NCBI GenBank assembly: GCA_013239625.1
Contig: MU053934.1
Location: forward strand, 2,498,399-2,562,398
Reading direction: 5' to 3'
DNA from: Lama guanicoe
Lineage: Eukaryota
Length of the DNA: 64,000 nt
Position numbers and translations under genes: made by a program. A model generated the notes under the pieces. The model saw nothing but the letters and a program-made list of their open reading frames with translations. It had not been told where the DNA came from and did no database searches. The first letter of the stretch is position 1, and each line of letters starts with the position of its first letter. Shown in pieces: positions 35,850-49,331 of the stretch.

Positions 35850-36620
35850 AACCCGCACCGGGTAGGACCCGGGCCCCGAAGGCAGATTACTGCCCCGCCC
35901 AGCGGAGGGACCGCGGCGGCCGGAGGGGGCGTATGGCGGTCTCTTCCGGTACGCGCCCGAAGGCCAGGCCCAGGACAAGTCAGCCCCAGAGGTTCGCGGA
36001 ACGCTACGGAACACGCCGCTCACCTGCAACGGCCGTAGCCGGCCCCGATGGCGAGAGATAGTCCGGGCCGGGAACCGCGCCACGGCCTGCACTCCGAGAA
36101 ACCGGGAAAAGAGGAAAGATGCGCGCGCAGCGACCGGCGCCGTAAACACGACCGGCGCTGTCGTAAACTGCTCTCCAGCTTCCTTCCGGTTCGGCGACCG
36201 AACGCTCGAGTCGTAAAGCGAAGGCACGCCCGGAAATTCGTCACTGTTGTTTTTTAGGGGCTGTCTTTGTTAGCCTGCGAGGCTGCAAGACTCCAGAGGA
36301 TGTTTATAGTTACGTTATGGAGCATCAGGCGACGCTCAGAGAGGGCATTTAGGTTTCTTGAAACGTGGCGGCCGTGCAATCGGAGCTGGAGGCGGAGAGT
36401 GGCTGACAGCCCCTCTGTGTCCCACAGTGCCTCGCGGGCCACTTCGGCCCCTCTGTATCCCACAATGACCGGAGGCTCCTGCCTTTTTTAAACGATCGTG
36501 TAGGTTGAGTCTCACCACTAGGGGGAGGTGGAGTGCCTCAAGCAGGCTTTGTCCTTACTGCGCGTTCTTTCACGGTTTCCGAAACTGAAGTCCGGAGGTG
36601 CAAAGTGACCTGTGTAGTTT
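35850..36620 (-). promoter_or_regulatory. EIF3D: EIF3D CpG-island promoter
   Basis: CpG-dense; ETS/GABP cores (cttccgg near 36183, ccggaa near 36230), YY1-like gatggcg near 36047, TCT-like initiator. Confidence 0.85.
36024..36119 (-). other. EIF3D: EIF3D non-coding exon 1
   Basis: Strong donor GCAG|gtgagc at 36024/36023; inferred start at pyrimidine tract TCTTTCCTCTTTTCCC (36119-36104). Confidence 0.8.
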
Positions 36621-37443
36621 AGACTCCTAGTGTAAGGGGTGGCTGCCAGGGTTCAAACTATACTTAAACAGTTTTCAAATTTTATTGTTGTCTGACAGAG
36701 ATTTCTGGATCGCTGACAAGAAAAATGCAGATTCCCGGGTCTCACTTCCACAGATTGTTATTCAAGCCTGCGTAAGCCGGAGCCCAGGAACGTGCATTTT
36801 AATTAGCGGAAGTGGCGGTTTAGGGACCACTTTCCTGCAAAGGCAGTGATGCTGTCCTTTTTGAAACCCCCAGCCTACGGAGTTTGTGCTAGAGTGTTAC
36901 AGGGGAATTTAAAAACTCTGAAAGAATCTGAGCGCCCCATTTTTATTTAAACGTCAGATCCTTTTCCACCAGGCCTCCCAGGCTTCTTTATGTCTCCCAG
37001 CGTGTCTCTTTTATTGGAAAATTTATCTGCTGTTAGATCTGATATCTATTCTTGGCTCTGCCACTTACTAGCTGTGTAGCCTTCATATCTCTGGGCCTCA
37101 GTTTCCTTACCTGTAAATAGGAGGTAATAATAAAAGAATTCTGTATGGGTAAAAATAAACGTATGTGAAAGTACTTAGGAATCCCACTTCCCAGTTGGGT
37201 GAACTTGGGCAAGTTATTCCATCTCTCTAAACCTTATTCATCTGTAATATAATATGAAACTATTAATAGCAGCATCTGTTTCCATAAATTCTCTCCCAAC
37301 CTGCTCAGCTTCCAGTTTTCCTAATTTTTGCTACTGGTACCCAGTGAATGGTGCCCATAGCAATATCTTATAGTCATCATTGGTAGTTCCCGTTCCCTTT
37401 TCCGCCACATTCAATCCTTCACTAAATCCTCTTTATTCTACTT

Positions 37444-37538
37444 TATTTTTACTTATTTTTATTTTTCTTTAATGGAAGTACTGGGAATTGAACCCAGGAC
37501 CTCCTGCATGTACTCTACCACTGCACTATACCCTCCCC
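37444..37538 (-). mobile_element. tRNA-derived SINE (Vic-1-like) with 13-bp TSD
   Basis: TSD ctttattctactt at 37431-37443 and 37541-37553. Confidence 0.85.
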
Positions 37539-37544
37539 GTCTTT

Positions 37545-38170
37545 ATTCTACTTAAAAATACATCTTGAGTGCTATCACTTCTCCCCACCATCTCAGTTGC
37601 ATCCTTGGACTCCCGGTGTCCACTCTCGTCCCTCTAGGGTTCCTTCTTTGCATGGTGGTCAAAACAGTCTGTTCGCAACCTTCTAACAGCTTCCTATTAT
37701 GTACTTGGAGTGAAATACAGATCTCTTCCTGTGTCCTGTCTGGTCCCTGGCTACCTTTTATCTTTGGATCCTGCCATTTTATACTCACTCTGATCTAGCT
37801 ATCACACTCTTCTTTTTTTGCCTCAAATATACCAACGTCAGTCATTTTCATCACAACAGGGCCTCTGTACTTGCTCTTTCTTCTGCATGGCACACTATTC
37901 CCCAGATTTACCCATCACTGGCCTAGTCTTGTCATCCATGTGTCTGCTTAAGGGTTACCTCCTAAACTAGACCACCATTCCTGAAATAGCTGCTCCCCCC
38001 TGCATCCCTCTTATTCTGTTTCGTTTCCTCATAGTTCTCATCATGCTCTGAAATATTTTTGTTTCCTCGTTTAGGTGCTGTCTCTGTCTCTAGAATGTCA
38101 ACTCCACGAGTTAGAGGCTTTGCTGTCTTACCTAGAACAGTGCCTGGTAATACATATTTGTTGAATGAAT
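37545..38170 (-). mobile_element. L2 LINE 3' fragment
   Basis: L2-type end tagaatgtcaactccacgag...cctagaacagtgcctgg...tttgttgaatgaatg. Confidence 0.6.
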
Positions 38171-38280
38171 GGAAAGGAGTTTTGTGAGAATTAAATGAGA
38201 AAATGAATTTAGCACATTACCCTGGGGAACATAAATGAATACTCAGTTAATGTTAGGGTACTTAATATCAATAGTAGGTC

Positions 38281-39607
38281 ATATCTCCAGTGAAGACATA
38301 CAGATGACTAATAGACACATGAAAAGATGCTCAGTATCATTACTTATCAGAGAAATGCAGATCAAAACTACAAGTCAGAATGCCCATTGTTAAAAAGTCC
38401 ACAAACGAGAAATGCTGGAGAGGGTGTGGGAAAATAAGGGACCCTTCCATACTGTCCATGGGAATGTAATTTGGTGCAGCCATTATGGAAAACAGTATGG
38501 AGATTCCTTAAAAAACTAAAAATAGAGTTACCATATGATTCAGCAATCCCACTCCTGGGCATATATCTGGAGAAAACTCCAATTTGAAAAAATACATGCA
38601 CCCCAATGTTCATAGCAGCACTATTTACAATAGCCAAGACATGAAGCAACCTAAATGTCCATCGACAGATGACTGGATAAAGAAGATGGGGTATATGTAT
38701 ACAATGGAATACTACTCAGCCATAAAAAAGAATGAAATAATGTCATTTGTAGCAACATGGATGGACCTGGAGATCATCATTCTAAGTGAAATAAGCCAGA
38801 AAGAAAAAGAAAAATACCATATGATATCACTTATACATGGACTCTAAAAAAGACACAAATGAACTTATTTACAAAACAGAAACAGACTCACAGACATAGA
38901 AAACAAACTTGTGCTTACCAGTGGGGAAAGAATGGGAAGGGATAAATTGGGAGATTGAGATTTGCAGGTACTAGCTCCTGTGTATAAAATAGATGAACAA
39001 GTTTCTACTGTATAGCATAGGGAATTATATTCAATATCTTGTAAGCTATAATGAAAAAGAATATGAAAAGGAATATATGTATATATATAAAGATGACTGA
39101 AACATTATGCTGCACACTAGAAATGGACATAACATTGTAACCTGACTATACTTCAATTAAAAAAAAAGAATGAACTAATGCCATTTGCAGCAACATGGAT
39201 GGAACTAGATTATCATACTCAGTGAAGTAAGTCAGACAGAGAAAAACACATATCATATATCACTTATATGTGAAATCTGAAAAAATGACACAAATAAACT
39301 TATTTACAAAACGGAAAGACTCACAGACATGGAAAACAAACTTATGAATCCAAAGGGGATAGCAGTGGGGAGAGATAAGTTAGTTTGGAATTAGCAGATA
39401 CAAACCACTGTATACAAAATAGATAAATAACTTGGTCCTACTGTACAGCACAGGGAACTATATTCAATAGCTTGTAATAACCTATAATGAAAGAGAATAT
39501 GAAAAAGAATATATATGTATAACTGAATCACTATGCTGTACACCTGAAACTGACACACACTTGAAATTAACACAGTATTATAAATCAACCGTATGTCAAT
39601 AAAAAAA
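38281..39607 (+). mobile_element. L1 3' end present twice in tandem (about 38281-39165 and 39166-39607)
   Basis: L1 ORF2 end ([45 protein letters not shown]) and 3'UTR/poly-A, then a second 3'-end copy; outer repeat aatagtaggt/aatagtaagt. Confidence 0.9.
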
Positions 39608-40081
39608 TAGTAAGTTGTAATATGTGCTAAAATATAAGGGGAGATGTACTTTTGTTGAATTGCTTGGACATGTCTTTTTAAAATTTCTTCTTCTTCTTTT
39701 GTTTTTTTCCTGCGGGCCCACAGGCCATCTGCTGCAGTCTCTCTCTTGTGTCAGAGTTTAATCATCTTTTCCATATTTTGGGCCTGACATCCCTGCCCAC
39801 CCCAGATGGAGAAGGATTTGGAGTGTCTGTCTCATTCTCAATAATTGGTCCCTGGGCTTGCGTGGGAGATCTTCCCTCTATTCTTCTCCCAACGGACACC
39901 CTTGCTGTCTCTTTCTGCCTATCTTGCTGTCCAGGCTCCACATGCAGCTGAAATGCCCCTCCTTTACACTCAATTGGAGCATGACCGCCCTCCCCTTCTC
40001 CCTCCCCTCTTTAAAATCCTTTAGTAGTTTACCTTTATCCTGAGGATAAAATCCCATACTCTCTTCCATGGCCTGTTTGTT

Positions 40082-40396
40082 TCTTTTTAATTTTAATTTT
40101 AATTTAATTAAAAAAATTAAAGTATAGCAGTTTACAATGTGTCAATTTTTGGTGTACAGCATAATGTATCAGTCATACATATACATACCTATATTCCTTT
40201 TCATATTCTTTTTCCTTATAGGTTACTACAAGATATTGAATATAGTTCCCTGTGCTATCAGTATAAACTTGTTGTTCGTCTATTTTATATATAGTAGTCA
40301 GTATCTGCAAACCTCGAACTCCCAATTTATCCCTTCCCACCCTCTTTCCCCTCTGATAACCATAAGTTTGTTTTCTATGTCTGTGAGTCTCTTTCT
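40082..40396 (-). mobile_element. 5'-truncated L1 3'UTR fragment
   Basis: Reverse complement of the same L1 3'UTR type (gttttctatgtctgtgagtc, ggttactacaagatattgaatatagttccc). Confidence 0.85.
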
Positions 40397-42772
40397 GTGA
40401 CCTACATGTTTCCAAATGGCAGCTTCCTGTTTCTGGGCACTCAGGTCCTTCTTGCCCTGAGACCTTGTCACCTGCTGTTCTCTGGTACTAGGAATACAGC
40501 ACGCCTATCCGTGGGCCTGTGTCCTCAACAAACCGTCCCTCTGAGTAGCCTGGCTCTGTCCTCATTCACTCGCCATGTGCCTGGTACTAGTCCCAGAACT
40601 TACATGAACTCATTTAATTTTGACCACAGCCCTGTGAGGCAGAGCCCACACTTCTTTCCATTTTACAGATGGAGATGTGGAGGCGCCGAGAATTGCCATG
40701 TGTTGAACAGTGTACAGTCAAGCCGGGGTTTCACACTCAGCAGGCTCCTGCCTCTTCTGTGTATCCCATTAGTATTTTACTGAATGACTAACATTTATCT
40801 CTATTAAAATCTTCGTGTTTATTTACTTATTTACTGTCTCCTCAGTAGAATGTGAGCTTCACAAGAGGTGGGATCTTACATGTCTTATTCACTGTTGTTT
40901 CTCCAGCACCTAGAGTGACCTCATAGGTGGTGCTTGGAAAATGTTTGTTGGATGCATGGGTGACCTCTGAGGACAGGTCCTCCCCTCCTTGTGTCCGCAG
41001 CACTGGGCACAGCCCTCCATTGCTGCACTTACTGCATGTCTGGTTCTGTTACCAGCATCCCCCACCTCTCCTCCTCTAGACTCTGGGTCCCTTCAGCGTG
41101 TGGCCACCTTGCTCTGGAGGAAACCTCATGACCCAGCGCAGTGCCTGGCGCAGTGTGCCCAGGAAATACTTAAGGATCCCAGGACCTTCAGATACTGCTT
41201 TTAGAGGCTATCAAAGAAAAAATATTCTTGCCAGAAAAGTGTAGGTTTAAGGACAGGTGCCCTTTTCTCAAAAGGAGACGTCACAGCGTCTTTCCAGTTT
41301 GGAGTGTCACATTCACTGTCTTCGGACAATTTAATGACTAACTCTTCATTCTTGCTAAATGAAGCGACTCTAAGGGGTCCTCTTAGTCATCTGGTTCAGC
41401 CTTCACCCCAGACGGGCATCTCCTTGTCACCTGCCTGGCTGCTCGCTGTCACCTCTGCTTGGATATGCCTGGTATGGGGGAGCTCACTCCTCTGCTGATG
41501 CTTCTTTGCCCTGTATGGATTTCTTTTTGGTAAACATTTCCAGTTCCTTTGTCTATTTCTTGGTATCACCCCAAGTATCACCCAGCCCCCTTCCCCCTGC
41601 CTTCTGCTTTGTCAGAATTCTAACAAAATGGCTCATTCTGGAGTCCTTCTTCTCCCTTCATCTGGGGCCTCTCTGTTTCATGCTTGGTTTCCACCCTTCC
41701 CTTTGAGGGGCACTTCTTAAACCATCCTGCACGCCTCCCCTTCACATGAACAAATTCTGCTTCCTTTGCCCTCTCTGGTCCTCTCTGGCACCCTGTCCTC
41801 TCAGAGACTGCTCTCTGCCAGGGCACATGGACCACTTTGGAGCTGCTGGCTTGGGCAGATCCTTTGAGCTGATTGGTCACATACTTCCTGGTACCTGGAT
41901 TTTCCCATCCCTGGGAAGGTCCTGAGGGCCTCCCATCAAGCTGTCATCTCTGCTTGCAAGGTGCCTCTGTTCTTTGACTAGTTTTCAGCTCTTGGTCAAA
42001 TGTTACTTCCTAGGGGACAACTTTCATCCTGCCCACACCAGGCCCCCTTCCTAACACCTGTAGCAACGGTCATTAATGACTACGTGAGTCCTTCTTTGAT
42101 CCATGTATGTCTTTCCCTGAGAGCAGTTTGGTGTCCTCAAAAGCTCCCACTCCCTTCCAGCGTGGTGGAGGCCTTTCCTGAGGTTTGGGTTTTCTTCCTC
42201 CTACCCCCATCCTCTGTCTCTTGCCTCTGCTTTCTCTGATTTACCGAGACCCTTCCTGTCTTGAATTTCAGCGGCTGCTCCAGAATTTCCCCATGAGAAG
42301 GGCTTAGTGACAGCAATCTGGTGGAACAGGGAGCCCTGGGTTTGTCTTGAAGCTTGAAGTTTGCATAGCAGATGTCCTGTTTTCACTGAGGTCGTACGTT
42401 TTGGGAGGAAGGCACTCTAGAGATTGTGATGGCCTGGTCCTTAAGCCATCTCCCGGCAGGATTACTGAGCATCCAGATGGGGCAGAAGTGGGAGAAGGGG
42501 AAGGGACAGGAGAACAGCATCAGTTTCTCACATGCTTTCCCTGGGTGTGGCATCTCATGTATTTTGATGATTCTGGACTGAGAGGTGAAAGGTGGTTGGT
42601 AGCATCTGCCATGTGCTCTGAGAATTTGGCCAAATTTGGGTGACCATATTGGGGCACTCTGGGGGAGAGAATGGGGTCACTATCGTGAGAGACAGCAGAA
42701 AAAAGGTGTCAACTAGGACTGATCCTGGGAAGGATGGTCACCCCAGGCAGGAAGAAAATAAACTTGCTCTCC

Positions 42773-43292
42773 GTTCTGGTTTATCTATTGCTCTCCAAAA
42801 TTTGGTAGCTTAAGACAACAGCAGTCCTCTTATTCTCTTTCTTGGTTTCTGTGGCTCAGGAATTTGGGGAAGGCTTGTCTGGGTCGTTCTGGCTTGAGGT
42901 CTCCCAGGCCATTGTAGTTAGATGTGGGTAGAGCTGGAGTAGCTGGGGGCTGGCTAGACGATTCTCTTTCCTTCTGCCTCCATTTAGTCTCTGAGTCTCT
43001 CTGCGTGGCAGGTCCACATGGAGAGTTTGGGCTTCCTCGCAACATGGTGACCTCAGGACAGTCAGTCCACTTACGTGGGGGCTGAAGACTTCTGGACCAG
43101 GTATTCTGACTAATGAGCTGGGCGCTGCATGCCAGCCTTCTATTCTGGCCTCAGAGGTTACGTAGCATCAGTTTCCCCCGTTCCCTTGGTTACCAGTGAG
43201 TCACAAGCCTGAGTCAAGGCGCAAGTTTCTAGAAGAGCAGGTGGAGTGGGAGATGCTGTTTTGACCATCGTAGGAGCAGAAAATCTGCCACA
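42773..43292. mobile_element. MaLR MLT1-type LTR
   Basis: tttatctattgct...aaaatttggtagcttaagacaac ... aaatctgccaca. Confidence 0.7.
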
Positions 43293-43999
43293 GATGTCAA
43301 CTGGCCTTTTCTAAGAGTCACCAGTTGGTTGTCTGCAAACCTGTGACCAAAGAGTTTGGGACACATCAAATGCTGAAGTTTCTGAGCAGGTCTGGCTGGG
43401 AGGAGGCCTGGAGTGTGGTCGTGGTTTATCAAGGGAAACTGATCAGAGGGAATGGAGGCGTAGAAGGGGAGAGTCCCGGAGCCAGAGCTGGCACTGTCCA
43501 GGGCTGCACTGGCTGGAGCGACACCTCCATTTCCTGGGCAGAGATATCTCCTGAAGCTGCCTCTGTTGATGAATGCGTCTTCAAAATAACATTGTCCCTT
43601 GTTCTGACTCCCTCCCATCAAGACTGAATCCTCACAGAGCTTTCACTGCAGGGGAGTATGCGCTGGTCAGGCCAATGGAAGCACCGGGTCCTGCTGGTGG
43701 CTGTATTTCCTGTGCTGTCTATTAATAGATGGATCATCTGGTTATGTGTCAGCGTCACAAGCCCTTGTGTGCAGACTTACCCCAAACTGCGATGGATTCA
43801 CTAGGGTCTCCTTTGGGGACCTGTCAGTGTGACCAACCCCCCCTTGCAGTGCAGCAAACTTGTGTGCCTTCTAGGAACCACCACAGGGGTTACCACCCAT
43901 TCTATAGATGAGGTGTGGTCAGGAGGAATGTCTTGCCCGAGGTCAGCCAGCCGGTAAAGGTGCAGTTGGAATGGAAACCCAGATGTGCCTGGAGAAAGC

Positions 44000-44338
44000 T
44001 GACACTCATACACAATTTCGGTCCAGAAAAGCTCCGAAAACCAAAAGCTTTCTTGTGAGTTTGGGGCAAGCATTTGATGGCAAACCTACATGAATTGGAT
44101 GGGAGGTTATGTATAATCTTTTATCCCATTTGGTGTGAATATTTATACATTTTGCTATATAGAAATATTAAAGAGTTTATACTGTGTATTAAAGAGTTTA
44201 CAGAGTACTGCTCCAGGGCTGGATATGTTGCATAATATACAGTAGACCTACCCAAAAACCTCTCTGAAATTCAAAGAATTCTAAGTTATCAAGCTTATCA
44301 AGCCCCAAGGGTTTCAGATAAGGAATCATGGACTTGAA
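44000..44338. mobile_element. Old TcMar-Tigger-type MITE fragment
   Basis: End ccccaagggtttcagataaggaatcatggacttg resembles Tigger-type termini; family uncertain. Confidence 0.4.
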
Positions 44339-46938
44339 CCAAACTTTTCTATCTCAGTGATGCAGAGAGCCCCACCCCCACTTTACAGACAAGGAAGACT
44401 GAGGACGGGAGCAGTAGTGTCCCAGGCAGGCTTTGTGGAATCGCAGCATTTTATCATCCTGTAGAAGGGTGGTTCGGGAGGAAGGGAAGCCTTTGAATCA
44501 ACAGCCCACCCCAGCCTCCTAAGAGCCTTGTCGCCCCAGCAAAAATTTAAAAATAGAAAACCTGGAAGGATTAAAGCCCTGAAGGATGCTTCAAGTCCCC
44601 CCGGAAGAAAGGAAATCTTCCTGTAGGTTCTGATGGTTGGCATTCAAATTTATTTTTTAATCTCAGCTGGATGTACACTCACCCATCACAGGATCAGTTC
44701 TCAGAATAGAGAGGTACCTGTTGAATCACCATCCCACATCCTGTCTTGTGCGGGCATCTCTCCAAGTGCTGAGCCATCCACTTCTCTGCTGTGGCCTGAG
44801 ATATATCAGGATCTGCAGCCTTGGCGACAGGAGACAAAATAAACTCCTATTTCCTTCGGAACCATTTAGCTAGTTTAGAGAGTGCTTGACTGTTTCAATG
44901 ACGAGTAAGGACCAAGCTTCTCCTGGCTCCTTCTCTCTGCCCTGTGCATTTTCTTTTGTTGGAAGCTGGGGTTTAGTGTCCTGGGGACAAAGGCAAACAC
45001 TGATTTTGCCTTGATTTAGCTACGTGGTCATGGGACATGCCCCTCTCTGAACCTCAAGTCCACTTTGTGCAGACACGTGTTGTTCTGCGTATGCCACGGG
45101 CCCCGGCTCCCACTGTCCTTAAGACTGCAAACCATGCCTGGCAGGTTCCCGGAGAACCTTGTTGGGGCCAAGTGACTCCAGGTGATATTTAAGAGGGTCT
45201 CATGGCAACCCAAGACATTTGTAGAGACAGACTGTGGAATTTGAATCCTAGGTTACCACTAGCCACATCACCTTGGGCAAGTTGTGCAACTATCTGAACC
45301 TCGGCCTTGTCATCTGTAAAATGGATGGAATCATAATCAGTAGGTAGTGAGAGGTCAGATATTATGTCAAGTGTTTAAAACTGTGCCTAACGTGCAGTAA
45401 ACCCTTAATGCATGCCAGTTGGAGTAGCACGGTCATCAGAAACCTGTGGGGATTTGACTGGGGCAAGATCTTGCAACACTTCAAAAGCAATCACTTGTCA
45501 CTTTCAAGGATCCAGCCCCTGAGCTGGTCACTCAGAGTTCAGAGAGAGACCCAGTCATGCTCTCGAGTAGCCCAAAATCTAGTGGGAAGGTAGATGTGTC
45601 TGATCCAAGGGCTAAAATATCTGTGAAGTGCTAAATGAAATATATTTTGAACCCACATTTAAAAAGCAGATTTCACATTAAAAGCCAGAACCTTGGCTCC
45701 TCCTAGATTGAGCAACACTGGGTTGGCTTTTCTGCAGGATGAGAAGTTGGCCCGGATAGGGGTTGGCCCCAGACCAGGGGCTCTCCACTTTGCCACAGTC
45801 CCCACTACTCCCTATTGCATTACACTTGACCTACTTCGTGTTCATGTGTGTTTGCTGCCTGGCCCTCTGGGATTTTGCAGATGAACTCCAATGTAATGCT
45901 GTGAGAGCCCGATGAAGGATAATAACTCAGCCTTGGGCAGGCAGGAAAAGCTTCCCAAGGGAGGCAGAGCCACAGCTGCTTCTCTATAAAACCTGCAGAT
46001 TCTGCTGAACACCCTTTATGTCTTTATGGCTCAAGGACATGAACGGAAGACAGGGCTCTCTGACATAAAGCAGCCAAGGCTAAGAGGCCGCCCTGAGGTC
46101 ACACAGCCAAGTGACAACACAACAAGGGCTGGAACCAGGACTGTCAACCAGAAATAGTTGTGGGCCTTGGGAGTCAGGGGGATTTGTACTCTGGAAACTT
46201 GAACTTGAGTCCTGTCTCTCCACTTACTTGCAGCGTGACCTTGGATAAGTTATTTCATCTCCTTGAACCTCAGTGTCTTCATCTCTAAAAAGGGCTAAGG
46301 ATTCTGACCTCAGAGGCATGCTCTGAGGGCCAAATAATGAGAAGACAGATAAGGAGACACTCATAAGCTCAAGAGGGCTTTCAACATGTGAGGGCCATTA
46401 TGATTGTTGCAAAATAGCCACCTTCTCCTGACAGATTTGCCACCATCTGTTCGACAGAGACCTTGAAAGGGACCAGTCCCCCATCTGCCTTTGCCAGCTC
46501 CTTGTGGAATCATGCATGGCCTTTTTCCAGGCGTGGACCTAGGAAGGGGATGTTTTGGAATTCTCTGACCTTGGCTGTGAGCAGGGCCCTGGGTGTTGAA
46601 CCCAACAGCTCTCCACTTCCAGCAGGCTCCAGAGTTTAAGGGGATACTGAGATAGTGATGGGAAGGAAGCGGGATTTCCTGGGAAAAAGAGGAGAAATAT
46701 CAATAATTCCTTTATTTTCTTCAAGACACCTACCTCTGCACCTCAGGGGCTACCTAGAAATCCCTGTCCAGCGCCTGGAGCTCTTGAGACAATACAGAAT
46801 TGTGGATGACTATCTCGATTTGGGGGACCCACCATCCAGAGTTCAAATCTTGGCTTTCCTCCTTACTAGTTGAGTGTATCTTTTGGCAAAATTTGAAACT
46901 GCTCTAAACCTCAGCGTCCCCATATGCAAAATGGGATT

Positions 46939-47025
46939 AAAAAAAAACCAGAGGTGCTGGGGATTGAACCCAGGACCTCGTGCATGCTAAGCATGCGCTC
47001 TACCACTGAGCTATACCCTCCCCCC
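46939..47025 (-). mobile_element. tRNA-derived SINE (Vic-1-like) inserted in a MIR
   Basis: Flanking repeats aaaatgggatt / aaagtgggatt; MIR halves on both sides. Confidence 0.85.
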
Positions 47026-49331
47026 AAAAGTGGGATTCTTAAAAGCACCTATTTTATAGAGTTTCATGGGAATTAAATGAGATTATATGGTAAAGGGTTT
47101 AGCATGTGAGAAGTTCAATAAAAGCCAGTTGCTAGTATTATTGGAAATAGTAATAATCACCTGCCATGTTTGCACAGCGTTTTACCATTTATGAACTCTG
47201 CTATCCCATCTGACCTTCCGAGCGACTCTTTGAGGTGACCAGGGATTGTGACCTCACTGCACAGGTGAGAAAGTTGGAGCCCAGAGAGGACAGCAGTCTG
47301 CTCAAGGTCACACCGCTTATGAGTGGCAGAGCCAAGTTCAAGTCTTCTTAGCTGAAGTACGGACGTGTCGCTCACAAGGCCAGGCCAGTCCCCCTGAAAA
47401 CGTGCCTGGGCCACTCCTTGGGCATATGGGTCTCCCGACGACCCCTTCATAGAGAAATAACCCAGTGTTGCTTCAGACCCTCGTTGTCCCTGTTTATACT
47501 CTGAGCCTATAGCAGCTCCGTGGGGTGAAGAAACTTCTCCTTGTTCTGTGATGTGAGACTGACTTTTCCTTCCATTTGTCTTAAAACCTCCGTGGTTTCC
47601 CAGCAGCCGCCTCCCAGCCTGATCCCTGTTGACCAGAAGGTCTGTGTGTTCTGAGTTCCGGCCACACGGTGGCGCTGCTCCCCAAGGCATGAAAAGTCCC
47701 GACCAGTACTTGGACTGTATTCCAACGCATCAAACATCAATTAAATACCTACTATGTGCCAGTCACTGTGGCTGCTGGGGAGAGGGCTTCCGTTATTTAT
47801 TAATGTTCTGTTAAGATGTATAAATAACAGCAACAACAACAATAATAGTAACAACACCGGTACAGGTTTTCATGTCTTTTTGAGCAGTTTACATAGATTA
47901 CCTGATTCTATTTGCCAAATAATCCTAATATATTAGATGAGGTAGGTCTTTCCATCCCCATTTGAGGAAGAAACTGAGGCACAGAGAGGCGACGGGACTT
48001 GCATAAAGGCACAGAGTAGAAAGGCACAGGGCAGGCACTCCATGAGTCATAGGTGATGGGCTGAATGGGGTAGCGCAGCCACCTGTCTCTTCCATGCCAT
48101 TATCTCTGGGAGGGCACGGGCTCTCTTGTCTGTCTTTCTGTCTGACTCCTAGCACAGCGCCGGCCAAGGGCTTCAGTAGACCTCTGTGGCAGGGAGAGGA
48201 GAGGCAGGGGGCTCCCTGCAGGCTGCTCGGCCTCCCCGAAGCTGCAGTGCCGAACAGCATGCCAACTGCAGCTTCCAGGCCAGGTCTGGAAGGCTCTCTG
48301 GGTGCACTCAGGCTGAGAGAGGCAGCCTCCGGGTTGGAGCTGGTGGAAGAGACTGCAAAAAGAGGTCACTGCTTTCACCACGAGCCATGGGCAGGGCACA
48401 AGTGACTCACCATAATTTGGCCCCTAAAGGCTGCCAGGTGGCCGAGGGGACAGGAATGATTCATTCATTCATTCACTCATTTATTCATTCAACAAACATT
48501 TCCTAAGAGCCTGCTGCGTGCTAAACACTAGGGATACAGAAAATGTATCCAGACATTTGAAATGAAAACCACAGCTTCTTTCCTCCTGGAGCTTTTCTGA
48601 GTAGCAGGTAAGACAGAGGGTAAATAGTGAACAACACAGATTGATAGGTGTTCCTCCTAAGTCTGTTCTAAGTGCCATGGGGGTGACTGGGTCTACCAGC
48701 AGCAGAGGGGCAGGCTACACAGAGGAGGGATGCTTCTGCAGGATCTTGCAGGATGAAAGGAGTTTGCAGATTACCAGGCAAAGGGAGCGTAAAGGCGGAG
48801 GGAAGGGAAGAGTCAGGGTGATAACGTGTGCACAGAAGCAAGGGCTGTCAAAGGCCATTGTGCATTTGAAGATGGGTGAGAGGAGCAGCCGAAAGACCAC
48901 GGGGCAGCCAGAGAGGGGCCTTGAAAGCCATCCCGGGGACAGTGAAACATGTTTTGTAGATGTCAGGGAACATTTCAAGACTTTTAATCATCATGCCAGG
49001 AGCTGTGCTAAGCTCTGGGATCCAAAGTGGAACATTGTGGTTTTCACCGTCTGGGAGCTCAGCGTTTCATGGAGAAGGTGGACAACGAGAAGACCATCAT
49101 TCATGTTTCCTGAGCCCTGACTATTTGCCATGCATGGTGCTAAGTGCTTCCCGAGCACTGGTTTATTACCTACCTTGCAAGATGGATGCTATTATCATCC
49201 CCATTTGATTTATGAGTAAACCGAGGCTTGGGTGCTTAAGTAAAGTTGTCCAAGTTCATAAAACTAGTCATGGTGGAGTTAGGACTTGTTGTTTGGACTT
49301 TTTGAATGGTCTTTACTAAAGCTAGTTCATT

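Noticed and set aside
38368..38847. ORFs resembling a protein-coding gene
   Set aside because: Degraded L1 ORF2 C-terminus and its antisense frame
44166..44303. Short direct repeats tattaaagagttta x2 and ttatcaagc x2 as a CRISPR-like or functional array
   Set aside because: Only two copies each, inside an old DNA transposon; ordinary slippage duplications. No CRISPR or prokaryotic system is present
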